Virus record (IMG/VR): IMGVR_UViG_3300021197_001243
Span: 1-64,000 of that record
Source: a virus
DNA: 64,000 nucleotides
Reading direction: 5' to 3' (one strand)
In this document: positions 18,628-28,200 of the stretch, in pieces
How the letters are laid out: each line of letters opens with the position of its first letter
How positions within the stretch are numbered: position 1 is the stretch's first letter
Notes under the pieces: generated by a model
Told to the model about the DNA's origin: nothing
The model's database searches: none
What the model saw: only the letters and a program-made list of their open reading frames with translations
Position numbers and translations under genes: made by a program

Positions 18628-18808
18628 AAGTATAGTAGGAAATAGAGTAAGTCTTAAAGACCAGCCTGAATATGTAGGGGTGGTTAAGGAACTGCATTTA
18701 GAAGCGGATGAAGAAAAGGGCAGAAAGAAAGACCTATTCAAAGTTCTTTGGGATAAAGGAACTGTAGGTATAGTGGAAGTAAAAGACCTAATAAACCAAA
18801 ACAAATGA
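18620..18808 (+). CDS. small SH3/KOW-like beta protein (cassette 5)
   Basis: VGNRVSL...VGVVKE...FKVLWD...DL pattern. Confidence 0.7.
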   Translation: MSESIVGNRVSLKDQPEYVGVVKELHLEADEEKGRKKDLFKVLWDKGTVGIVEVKDLINQNK

Positions 18809-18906
18809 TTGATCAATTTTTACTAGCAACAGCATTTGCTCTATTAATAACATTTGTGTTTTTAATTATAGACGCAATATGTAAAAACAATAAAAAAGAT
18901 GAATAA
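18805..18906 (+). CDS. small single-pass membrane protein (33 aa; cassette 6; not in ORF track)
   Basis: MIDQFLLATAFALLITFVFLIIDAICKNNKKDE*; ATGA coupling. Confidence 0.7.
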   Translation: MIDQFLLATAFALLITFVFLIIDAICKNNKKDE

Positions 18907-19084
18907 TTATGGAATATTAACAACTTATAATCCATACACTAAATTATGGTATGCATTTAATAATGAAGATGTAGCAGATTACTTTTCTAACCCTTCTAAA
19001 ATTACATTCGGGGAAGGAAAAACTGCTCCTAAAGCTATGAAGCATTACCATCAACGTGTAGAGTATTTAAAACAAATAAGATGA
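18899..19084 (+). CDS. hypothetical protein (cassette 7)
   Basis: 61 aa; YNPYTKLWYAF motif. Confidence 0.75.
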   Translation: MNNYGILTTYNPYTKLWYAFNNEDVADYFSNPSKITFGEGKTAPKAMKHYHQRVEYLKQIR

Positions 19085-19326
19085 GTAAAGAAAAAACAAT
19101 ACGCCCTGAGCTATTTGAGGTAAAGCATGAATATGGTTGTACTTATGTAATAGCTTATGATATGATTCATGCATTGCAGTCAATGCCAAGTTATACTGAT
19201 ATTAAGTATGAGATTTCTCAATTAACAGGACGCGGTAATATGATTAACTGTTTAGAGGTAGCTAAAGAATGTTTACCTCAAGGACTTGTAAATAAAACTG
19301 TAGATGATAACGAAAGTAAAACGTAA
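19081..19326 (+). CDS. hypothetical protein (cassette 8)
   Basis: 81 aa; ATG preceded by AAAACAAATAAG. Confidence 0.7.
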   Translation: MSKEKTIRPELFEVKHEYGCTYVIAYDMIHALQSMPSYTDIKYEISQLTGRGNMINCLEVAKECLPQGLVNKTVDDNESKT

Positions 19327-20158
19327 AAGTATGGTCATTAGACCATCAGGACGTTCATCTGACTTTATATCTCCTTCTTTCGGTTACGGGTGTTTATTAG
19401 ATTGTAGCTACTGCTATATGAAGAGACATACACCTAAAGGTCTAAGTGTTGCAGAGAATACTAATGACATACTTACAGAGATTTCAAATCATGCATTTTT
19501 TGCAACGGTAGATAAGCCGAACCAAACAGATCCTGAGTATGTAACATATGATATTGCTTGTAATGAAGACTTTGCCCTACATTCTAAATACCATGAGTGG
19601 GAGAAAATATTTGAGTTCTTCAAAGAACATCCTATAGCTAAAGCAACATTTGCCACTAAGATTATACCTGAAGTATTTCTTAAGTACAACCCTGAAGATA
19701 AAGTCCGGATACGTTTTAGTCTAATGCCTCAAAAGATAAGCTCGATACTAGAGCCTAATACAAGTAAGATAGAGGATAGACTACTAGCAGTAGAAAGATT
19801 TATACATGCAGGGTACGATGTACATCTTAACTTCTCACCCGTAGTATATTACGATGGGTGGGAAAAAGATTATACAGAGTTGTTTCATCTTGTAGATGAT
19901 ATTGTAACATACAAAGACAAGGTTAAAGCAGAGGTTATATTTCTAACTCACAATGCTAAGAAGCACTGGCATAATCTCGAGAACAATGTACCGGGGGAGG
20001 AGTTATTGTGGACCCCAGATGTACAAGAAGTTAAAAAATCTCAGTACGGTGGTGATAATGTACGTTATAAGTTAGGTCTTAAGTCAGATCTTATAGCGCA
20101 GTTTAAGGATATACACGGATCCATAATACCGTGGAATACTATTAGATACATTTTTTAA
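19304..20158 (+). CDS. splB: spore photoproduct lyase-like radical SAM enzyme
   Basis: RPSGRSSDFISPSFGYGCLLDCSYCYM (CxxxCxYCY), YDIACNEDF, RIRFSLMP, HLNFSPV, EVIFLTH, YGGDNVRY. Confidence 0.88.
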   Translation: MITKVKRKSMVIRPSGRSSDFISPSFGYGCLLDCSYCYMKRHTPKGLSVAENTNDILTEISNHAFFATVDKPNQTDPEYVTYDIACNEDFALHSKYHEWEKIFEFFKEHPIAKATFATKIIPEVFLKYNPEDKVRIRFSLMPQKISSILEPNTSKIEDRLLAVERFIHAGYDVHLNFSPVVYYDGWEKDYTELFHLVDDIVTYKDKVKAEVIFLTHNAKKHWHNLENNVPGEELLWTPDVQEVKKSQYGGDNVRYKLGLKSDLIAQFKDIHGSIIPWNTIRYIF

Positions 20159-20292
20159 TGAAAAGATTCCAAACTCGTAGAATAACACTTAGAAATACTC
20201 TTATACTAAAAAAGTATGGGTTTCCACTTTTCTTTATGATGAATATACTAAGTACAATACTTGTAGTGACAATGGTAAAGTACTGGTGGTAA
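20158..20292 (+). CDS. small basic membrane protein (44 aa; not in ORF track)
   Basis: MKRFQTRRITLRNTLILKKYGFPLFFMMNILSTILVVTMVKYWW*; TAATG coupling to the SplB-like gene. Confidence 0.55.
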   Translation: MKRFQTRRITLRNTLILKKYGFPLFFMMNILSTILVVTMVKYWW

Positions 20293-20298
20293 ACTAAA

Positions 20299-20327
20299 TT
20301 TCAGGGTCTCTTTAAGGGGCCCTGGAA
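20299..20327. terminator. bidirectional terminator between convergent blocks
   Basis: TTTCAGGGTCTC-TTTAA-GGGGCCCTGGAA hairpin (with G-U pairs) between the two converging stop codons. Confidence 0.75.
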
Positions 20328-23300
20328 TTATTCTATTTGTCCTACAAATTTTATAAATTGGTTATAGCCTGGTACAAAAGTTTCTGCTACTTCTCTTGGA
20401 AAACCTTTTGTCCTTGCATCTAACTCTTCACCTTTAAATGTTGCAGAGGTACTTCTATATCCTGCTTTTACTAGAGCAAATGCATCATCTACTAGACCTA
20501 AAGTAGGGATTGCAGATTGATTTAATTTTTGCAATTCTAAAGGATTCATTGCAAAAGTAGTTTCAAGTATAACTTTTGCTAGTATGTCAGATAATAATCG
20601 TGTACCATAGTTGGTATTTTTTAAAGGCTCATCATCATCATTAAATCCTCTTGCTCCGAACAGCATTCCTATAAGAGATAGTGTAAGAACTATTCGTGCC
20701 TCTGCAAGAAATGACCTTGTAGATGCCTCTCTCATTTCAATATATGATTCAAGATCTACTTGAAGCATATCAGGATCAGTAGTATTTGCTTTTACAAAAT
20801 CTAATTCTAATTGTATTGCAGCTCTTTGCCTTTTATATCTTTCTTCTTTTGCCTCACTCCATTTATTTTTAGATTCAAGTCTTGCTTTTCTTTCGGCACT
20901 TACAGTATAAGATCGTAAAAAGGCAAGATGTGAAAATGCATTATAAACTCTTTCTAAAGCTGCTGCTGTTGATGCTAAGTATCCGTTAGTTTCATCTGTA
21001 GACTGCTTACCAAGAATAGCTCGCATTCCCCCAATAAATCTACCTTCTACAGGAGCATCTTCGATATAATCATATCGTCTTCCCCCATATCTTTTAAGTA
21101 CAAATGCAGGTGCCCACCATTTGAATGTACCTAGTAATCTAAAAGCTAATTCTGTGTGAGCTGCCACTATATTATCCTCTCCTTGCTCACCTTTTATTCC
21201 TCCTACTACCTTTTTTACTACCTGTCTAAACTGTGTAAATGCTTCATCAGGTAAAGCATCTAAATCTACTACAACCTCTCCGGTTTTCTTATCCACTGTA
21301 GATTTCTCTGAAACTATCTCTAGTATTGATTTTGATCCTTCAGGTAATTGATTTAGCCTTTTTACAAGACCATCTTTACCTAATCCATAGTTTTGCATCA
21401 TAGCTACAGCAACAGTTCTATCTATAGATCTATCTGTCATACCTAAAGGTTCATACATAAATGATGTATCAAGATTTCTTGTTAGCACAGTAGCATGCAT
21501 TCTTCTTCCTCTATGATACTCTCTACCTTGTGTATGCAAGTTAAAATAGTCTGTTATACCATAGTAAAAATCTCTATCCTTAGCAAACATTAGTAGAGAG
21601 TCTGATAGTTCTTTTGTTCCGTAATGAACTCCTCCCATACCTTCTACATATGTAAATAAACTACCTGCTATTTTAGTAGATATTGCAAGTTTTACAGGTA
21701 CAGATATCTTCATATAACTAAAAAGAGCGTTAAGCTTACTTACAAGCTTTTGCATACTTACATTACCTATAATCTTATCCTTACTACTATAAGAATGTCC
21801 GTACATATAGTAGTTAAAGAATTGGTCAAATAATTTAAGAGTATCTGGATCTAGACCTTCTTCATCTAATACAGGTTTACCTGATTCTCGTATTATTTCT
21901 GTTCCTCTTTTTGTAGATTTTGTTTTTAATTGCTGCCCTGCTAAATGTTTAGTATGTAATTGATGTCTTAAGAACAGCATTTCAGATTCTATCTTAGACT
22001 TTTCGATATAATTATAAATGCTTGCTCCCATCATATACATAGACCTAGACAAATCTCTTGATACAAGCTGAGAAGATTTATCTCCTTTTCTATTTTTAAG
22101 TGCATTTATAAAAGGTAACGGTACTTTTTGTATAGGATTACCCCCGCTTGTATCATCTTCATCTACTTTGACAGCAAATCCTCTTGACCACCAATCTTGT
22201 ATAAAATCTTTACTGAATATATCTTTTCCTCTTGTAAAATTTTCAATAAGAGTTTTTCTAACTGTAGGAATAGTATTGCCAGATAGATATACTCCATCCA
22301 TTTCTTCATTATACTCTCTAAGCTGCTCTTTCCAAGCATTAAAGTATGTTAAAAGAGCCTCATTCCCAGGCTGATTAAGTTTTTCAAAACTTTCACTCCA
22401 TACTTCTTTGGCATATTCAGGTTTTACTTCTAAGTACATCCAGTATTTAGGTGATGCCCAAGCAGAAGGGTTTCCTCCAAACACATTATAATTATCCTTA
22501 AAAGATTTTAGATACGCATTATAGGCTTTTCCTTTGTTAGGATATTCTCTTTTTAAGTACTCTATTCTTTTTTTAAGAGCTTTATTATAAGACTCTTTAG
22601 CCCCTTCTTTTATCTGGAATCTTTCTTTCATCCAGGCTACAGATTCTTTTTTTACTTCATCAGGTACACCTACTTTTTCTAGTACCTCTTCCCAAAACTC
22701 TTTTTTAAACATTGGGATAAGTTTTAACTCTTCTCCCGTATCCTCTATAAACATTTCATATACATCTACAAGAGACATATTTTTGCTTTCAGCATACAGT
22801 TGTAAAGACTCATCTAGGTTAAACCACTTTCTTCTAAGCTCTTCAACTCTACGAGCTATGATATCATGAGTAATATTTATTCTTCTTTTGCCTTCTTGGA
22901 ATATAGGATTCTCAATTTGATCCATAACTATAAACTTGTCCAAGAATCCAAGTCCTGCATAAGGTATTGTAGTATCTAATCTAGAGTTTACTAAACTTCT
23001 CCTAAGAAGTTCTTCCTCTATAATTTCAACTGCATCTTCTACAGACCTACTTAATTCTGCTATGTCATCGTAAACAGCAGTTTTTTCTTTTTTAGTTTTT
23101 AAAGATTTAGCCTTACGAACCATCACAGCGTTTATATCAGAAAACATTTGTAACAGATCTAAAGAATGCTGTAATTCATCAAAAGACATATAGTTCTCTG
23201 AATCTTCATCTGAAATAGATGCATAATCAGTAGCTTTATTTATAGTCTCATTTAGAGTTTCAAGCAGCTCTCCAAGATTTGATTCTACTACTAATGATTG

Positions 23301-25247
23301 TACAGCTCTGTACAGTACATCTTTTTCTCTACGGATTTTTGCCGAAGGCTTCATTTTGTTTAGCTCTGTAAGCCTATTGTATATTTCTGACAACTTTGCA
23401 TTTATTCTTTTGTCGTCAGTGTATTCTTTAGCTACAGATATATGCTGTAAGAACTTATTTTTAGATTTACCTATATTAAAGGTGTTTATACCTGTAGGTA
23501 TACCTGCCTTACTCCACGAAAAATCCATATGCCCAGGTATAATTCTAGACATCCTAATTTTACCTATACTATAGTTATCAGATAAAGTAGTAGCATAGAT
23601 TCCTAACTGTGAATCATAAGACTCTCTTTTACCTCCTCTAAAAGGATCAATAACTATTTTTTTTGAAGCTCCTGCACCTTCAGTAAACTTTTGCTTAGGA
23701 GCTATAAACTTAAAGTCATAAATTGCTACGGATCCATCAGAAAACAAAAACAATATATCTATAGTACCTGCAGTATCAGTTGCTTTATCATAAACTTGTA
23801 CCTCTGTAAATACTTCAAAGTCTTTATCTTTTGCTATAGTATCTTGAGTTTTACGTACCTGTGTTAAAAGCCGTTTCATTTCTCCACGAAACTCTTTAAA
23901 CATATTATCAGTAAGATCTGCTTTATACTTTACATCAGATTCAGTTAATTTAACTCTGCTATCTTCTAAATCTACAACAGAAGCTCCTTTCATTTTTGAT
24001 GCCTCATCCTCTACAAGAAATTGTCCTACATTATGAAGATTTGTACCTGCGTCTCTAGCAAAAGCTGATTTAGGATTTTTTTGCATACCTTTTACAGCTT
24101 CAAGACCCCCCATATTTCTCATAAAGCTTATAGTAGAATCGTCTGTAGCTCTTCGAGTAACCATTTTAGTTGTACCATCCTCTTGCTCAAGCATATATCT
24201 CGCTATAACTCCTTGATCGTCTTCAAATAACTCAAAGTTTTTTATTTTACCTTCAGCTAACTCTTTTGTAATATCTGTTTTTATAGAAAGCTTATTATGT
24301 GTACTTATAAGTTCTCCTTTAATAAGTTCTGCTGGTGTAGCTGTACCTAATGACCTGAATAAAGTATTGTTGCTAGTGTTATCTATAGCATCTTGGTATT
24401 TTGTAAGATCGTTATTGAACATTTTGTATGCAGCTTTGACATACGGATCCTCTAAATTGAACATGTTCTTTATAGCTTGCCATGCTCTTTTCCACCAACG
24501 ACTCTCTCTATCATTGATATTTTCATCAGTGGCTCTATTAACCATTACCTTTGCAATAGCTTCATCTATAATATCTTCTTCTGTATACTCTGATATAGCT
24601 GCTCTATATTTTGTAGATACCTCTGCATATTCAGGAGTAGTAAATATTCTAGAACGCATAGAATTATATAATGCACTCCCTGTATCTTTTAAAGCATTGA
24701 CATAAAAATGAGTTATTTCCTCTGTAAGCTCTGACTCATTACCTAAAGTAGCCACTATAGATTTATTTATAAGATCTGCTACAGCTACTCCTGCAATAAG
24801 ATTACCTTCATTGTCAGTTAAAGTCTTTGCAACTTTAAAAGATATTCCAAGCTGATTCATAATAAGCTTAAGACTGGCTTGTATGTTCCTTTCTGCTTCA
24901 GCTATTCTTTCTTGTACTATCTTTTCTTCTTTTTCCGGGGAAATATCTGCAAGCTCTTGAAACCTTTCTATTTGAGCCCCCCTAAATCTTACAAGTGTAT
25001 TTCGTACAGTGGTATCTCTAAAATAAGAGTTTCCTCGTATAGCTTTAACCTGAGAATCTTGTAAGTATACTACAGGCTCGGTCTGCATATCGTACGTAGT
25101 TTCTAATACGTCTTGAACACGGGCAGCTTCTTGATTAAACTTATATGCAGGCGCAGATAGTTGGTATAACCTCCTACTCTCGTTGTACTCCATAAGGCCT
25201 TTTTCGACCATATTATTTATTATGTTGGATTCTATACTACAACTCAT
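20328..25247 (-). CDS. large ejected virion cargo protein with degenerate zincin-like and PD-(D/E)XK nuclease domains
   Basis: 1639 aa; EEITHF...DEAIAK; GTNLH...TEVQV...AGTIDILF...IYDFKF...QLGIY (RecB-like nuclease); adjacent to the vRNAP as in crAss-like phages. Confidence 0.75.
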   Translation of the reverse strand: MSCSIESNIINNMVEKGLMEYNESRRLYQLSAPAYKFNQEAARVQDVLETTYDMQTEPVVYLQDSQVKAIRGNSYFRDTTVRNTLVRFRGAQIERFQELADISPEKEEKIVQERIAEAERNIQASLKLIMNQLGISFKVAKTLTDNEGNLIAGVAVADLINKSIVATLGNESELTEEITHFYVNALKDTGSALYNSMRSRIFTTPEYAEVSTKYRAAISEYTEEDIIDEAIAKVMVNRATDENINDRESRWWKRAWQAIKNMFNLEDPYVKAAYKMFNNDLTKYQDAIDNTSNNTLFRSLGTATPAELIKGELISTHNKLSIKTDITKELAEGKIKNFELFEDDQGVIARYMLEQEDGTTKMVTRRATDDSTISFMRNMGGLEAVKGMQKNPKSAFARDAGTNLHNVGQFLVEDEASKMKGASVVDLEDSRVKLTESDVKYKADLTDNMFKEFRGEMKRLLTQVRKTQDTIAKDKDFEVFTEVQVYDKATDTAGTIDILFLFSDGSVAIYDFKFIAPKQKFTEGAGASKKIVIDPFRGGKRESYDSQLGIYATTLSDNYSIGKIRMSRIIPGHMDFSWSKAGIPTGINTFNIGKSKNKFLQHISVAKEYTDDKRINAKLSEIYNRLTELNKMKPSAKIRREKDVLYRAVQSLVVESNLGELLETLNETINKATDYASISDEDSENYMSFDELQHSLDLLQMFSDINAVMVRKAKSLKTKKEKTAVYDDIAELSRSVEDAVEIIEEELLRRSLVNSRLDTTIPYAGLGFLDKFIVMDQIENPIFQEGKRRINITHDIIARRVEELRRKWFNLDESLQLYAESKNMSLVDVYEMFIEDTGEELKLIPMFKKEFWEEVLEKVGVPDEVKKESVAWMKERFQIKEGAKESYNKALKKRIEYLKREYPNKGKAYNAYLKSFKDNYNVFGGNPSAWASPKYWMYLEVKPEYAKEVWSESFEKLNQPGNEALLTYFNAWKEQLREYNEEMDGVYLSGNTIPTVRKTLIENFTRGKDIFSKDFIQDWWSRGFAVKVDEDDTSGGNPIQKVPLPFINALKNRKGDKSSQLVSRDLSRSMYMMGASIYNYIEKSKIESEMLFLRHQLHTKHLAGQQLKTKSTKRGTEIIRESGKPVLDEEGLDPDTLKLFDQFFNYYMYGHSYSSKDKIIGNVSMQKLVSKLNALFSYMKISVPVKLAISTKIAGSLFTYVEGMGGVHYGTKELSDSLLMFAKDRDFYYGITDYFNLHTQGREYHRGRRMHATVLTRNLDTSFMYEPLGMTDRSIDRTVAVAMMQNYGLGKDGLVKRLNQLPEGSKSILEIVSEKSTVDKKTGEVVVDLDALPDEAFTQFRQVVKKVVGGIKGEQGEDNIVAAHTELAFRLLGTFKWWAPAFVLKRYGGRRYDYIEDAPVEGRFIGGMRAILGKQSTDETNGYLASTAAALERVYNAFSHLAFLRSYTVSAERKARLESKNKWSEAKEERYKRQRAAIQLELDFVKANTTDPDMLQVDLESYIEMREASTRSFLAEARIVLTLSLIGMLFGARGFNDDDEPLKNTNYGTRLLSDILAKVILETTFAMNPLELQKLNQSAIPTLGLVDDAFALVKAGYRSTSATFKGEELDARTKGFPREVAETFVPGYNQFIKFVGQIE

Positions 25248-28200
25248 TATTTTTTACAAGTTAAAGGGTCTTTTTTACCTTTTTTAGGTTTACTCTGGGC
25301 TTTATTTTTATTTGCAATAGTGTAATTAGAATCTAAAAATATGGTATTTGTCATATTTACAAGATTGGTGCTTCCTCTTACATCTATTGGTACAGAAACT
25401 CCTTCTTCGCCCTCTACAGGATTTCTAAAGTAAACTACTTCAGCTTTAGGTCTAGCTGCACCCTGTGCTATAGCTTGTTTAAAAGCTTTTTTAGACTTAG
25501 AAGTTAACTGATATGTAATAGGGTGAGTCTTTTTACTATACGTATTATTTTTAACTGCAATAGTCCTATCATTACGGTTATTCTCTAAAAAGTATTCAAA
25601 GTAATCTTCTATCCTACCGTTAAATACCATACCTGCATTTCCAGTTGCATACCTATCTAAAGGATCTTCCATTAATCTCATAATTGAGTCTCCAGGTATT
25701 GTATTTAAGAATGAATTTCTTGCAGTTTCAATTCCGGTTTGAAGTAATGCTGTTTTAATAATATTTCTTGCTATATCAGGATATGTAGCTTCAACTTCTC
25801 TAAATCCATCATAGATACTATTCATTTCAAATGGAGTCATAGTTCTATTCAAAGGCTGAAGATAATCATTTGTCATGTCTTTACCCTCTCTAACAGGAGA
25901 TATAACAGGTATGAGGTTCTGTATGAATGGATTATCTTTTAAAGGATGCTTTACTTTAGGATTTTGAATCGTTTCTATCTGCATTGCCATAGAGTCTTCT
26001 CCAAGCATAAGAGATTCTATATTATCTCCTAAATCTATTTCTTGATTTGAATCTTCTCTATATACAGGAATATTCTGCATTATAAATGATATAAATCCAT
26101 TTTCATACTTATTCAAAATTTTTGCTCTTTCATCTACAGAAAGACCTCTAATATTAGGATTTGTATATATTTTTTGTATCCGTTTAAAGTCCACCATAAA
26201 TGCAGCCTGCTGATCTTCTGTCAAAAATAGATCATTAAAAATAGTCTGCATGTCATAGTTGTACATAGACAATGATCTCATAAATGTATCAGGTGTTCCT
26301 TTTTTAGCTATAAAATCTTCAAATCCTATTATATCTTGTTTAGAACCTAGTATATGTATTTGATCTGGCTCAAATGCTATAATTTCACCTAAGCCTTCTG
26401 TATCTATTATACCATCGTTACCTAAGTCTGAAAATCTTTTAGTATCACCAGGTTTATTTATGGTCTCACTTAATCCAGGAGCATCGGTAATAGGATTTTT
26501 TAAATTTAAAACAACAGCCATTTTCACTTCCCCTACATGTGCATAGGCTGCCTTATCGGAAGTGAAATAAAAACCATCACTTATTAATTTAGTTTTATCA
26601 AATTCTTCAAATTTTTCTTTTGTGTTATGATAAACAATATCTTTTACTTTACTCTCAGGGAATATAGTGTTTAGATAAGCATTGTACTGTTCTTCTGTAC
26701 CTATCTCTGCTAGCTCAGGATTGGATTCAAATACTTCAGAGACACCTTCAGTAACCTCAGTTGCAGGTTGAGTAGTATTTATACTTGTTATTTTCTCAGC
26801 ATTTTTAAACAGCCCTGTACTTAATGCACTTTTATACATATCTAAGATAACTCTAAGATGATTTCTGCTCTTAGGTATCTTAGTATCAAATGCTTGAGCC
26901 GTAACTATATTACCAAGAGTTTCACCTAGTTTGCTGTACATAAACATATCAGATAGTACTTGAAGCTGTACATACTTTTCTTCTTCAGTCATATCCTCTA
27001 CATCTTTTGCCACCATAGGTTTAAGCATATCTGCACTTAAAAGGTACGTATCAGATTCTGTAGGAGAAGTTTTAAAGTTTGTAGCATATAGCGTTCTAAG
27101 ATCTTTAGATATTTCTTCATCATATATACTTTCTTCCATTACCTTACTTGTTCTACTCCTACCTATTTCAAGCATTTGTAGGTAGTCTTTAACAATAGGC
27201 TGGTTAGCAAACATTGCTTGTGTACGTATATCTACTCCTACTCGAGTAAGGAACATCCACATATTTGCATTGTCCGGAGTAATATTCAAAATGTGAAGTA
27301 TAGGATTGTTCACAACATCTACAGAAGCGTTTGTAAACTGACTTATAGCATCAGATATACGCATAGTCCCTTCAACATTAGTCACTCTCCCTAAAGAATG
27401 TTCCATAGCTAATGGATCAAACCCTGTAAAGTTTATAGCTATCTCTTTAATAGCTCCTGTAGGAAGTTTAAGCTCATTATCAGTATCTAAAGTAAGTCCT
27501 GCTATTTGCCCTTTAATATGGTGCGTAGAACCAAGTGCTGCTATACCTACAAGTACTTTACCTTTATTAAATGCTTCAGCTACCTCTATAAGATTAGGTA
27601 TGCTAGTATCTGTATGGTAATCTGTAATAGTTGCTAAATCAGGTAGTCTTTTATCACCTTTATAAATACCTTCTACAAGTTCATTAGTATTAGGATCTAC
27701 ACCTCCATTTAGCTCTAAAGCAATTGCCTCTAAGTCATTTGTATGCACAGGTTGTAGCCAGGTATCATATCTTTCCTCATTATTTATTTGCAATAACGTA
27801 ATCATATCTTCCATTACAGCATTCTGCATAGCCCCCTTACTCTGTGAGTTGTACTTAGTGGCTTTTGGATTTTCAGCTTGCCATTCTTCAAAAGATTTAG
27901 AGAATACTTCTTGTTTAGCTATAATTTTTTTAATTCTAGCATATGATTTACGTATCTCTTTAGGATTAGAGTCAAAATACTGTGCTAGCTTATCCGCCTG
28001 TTCATTAGATATATCTTCTGCAGATTCTTTAAATAGCTCATCTGCTGTTTTTTCTCCAAAAATCTTACTTACAAAAGAGTCTGTAAGCATTTTTACAAGC
28101 TGATCTCTTTCTGCTACAGAATCCATTATGTCTTCCATCTCTTCAAGAGCCTTCATATTTCTATTCAGGATACGTTGCTCTGCATTATACCACTCTTCTA

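Larger units (their letters stand above)
17901..18807 (+). repeat. dispersed gene-junction repeat AACCAAAACAAAGAAGATGA
   Basis: exact 20-bp copies at 17901-17920, 18153-18172, 18335-18354; variants ending at ATGs 18457, 18620 (GACCAAAAAAAAGAAGATGA) and 18805 (AACCAAAACAAATGA); each copy supplies the next start codon. Confidence 0.9.

Noticed and set aside
21289-21297. DnaA box-like TTATCCACT as a target of the DnaA-CTD protein
   Set aside because: Isolated 8/9 match inside a coding region, with no cluster.
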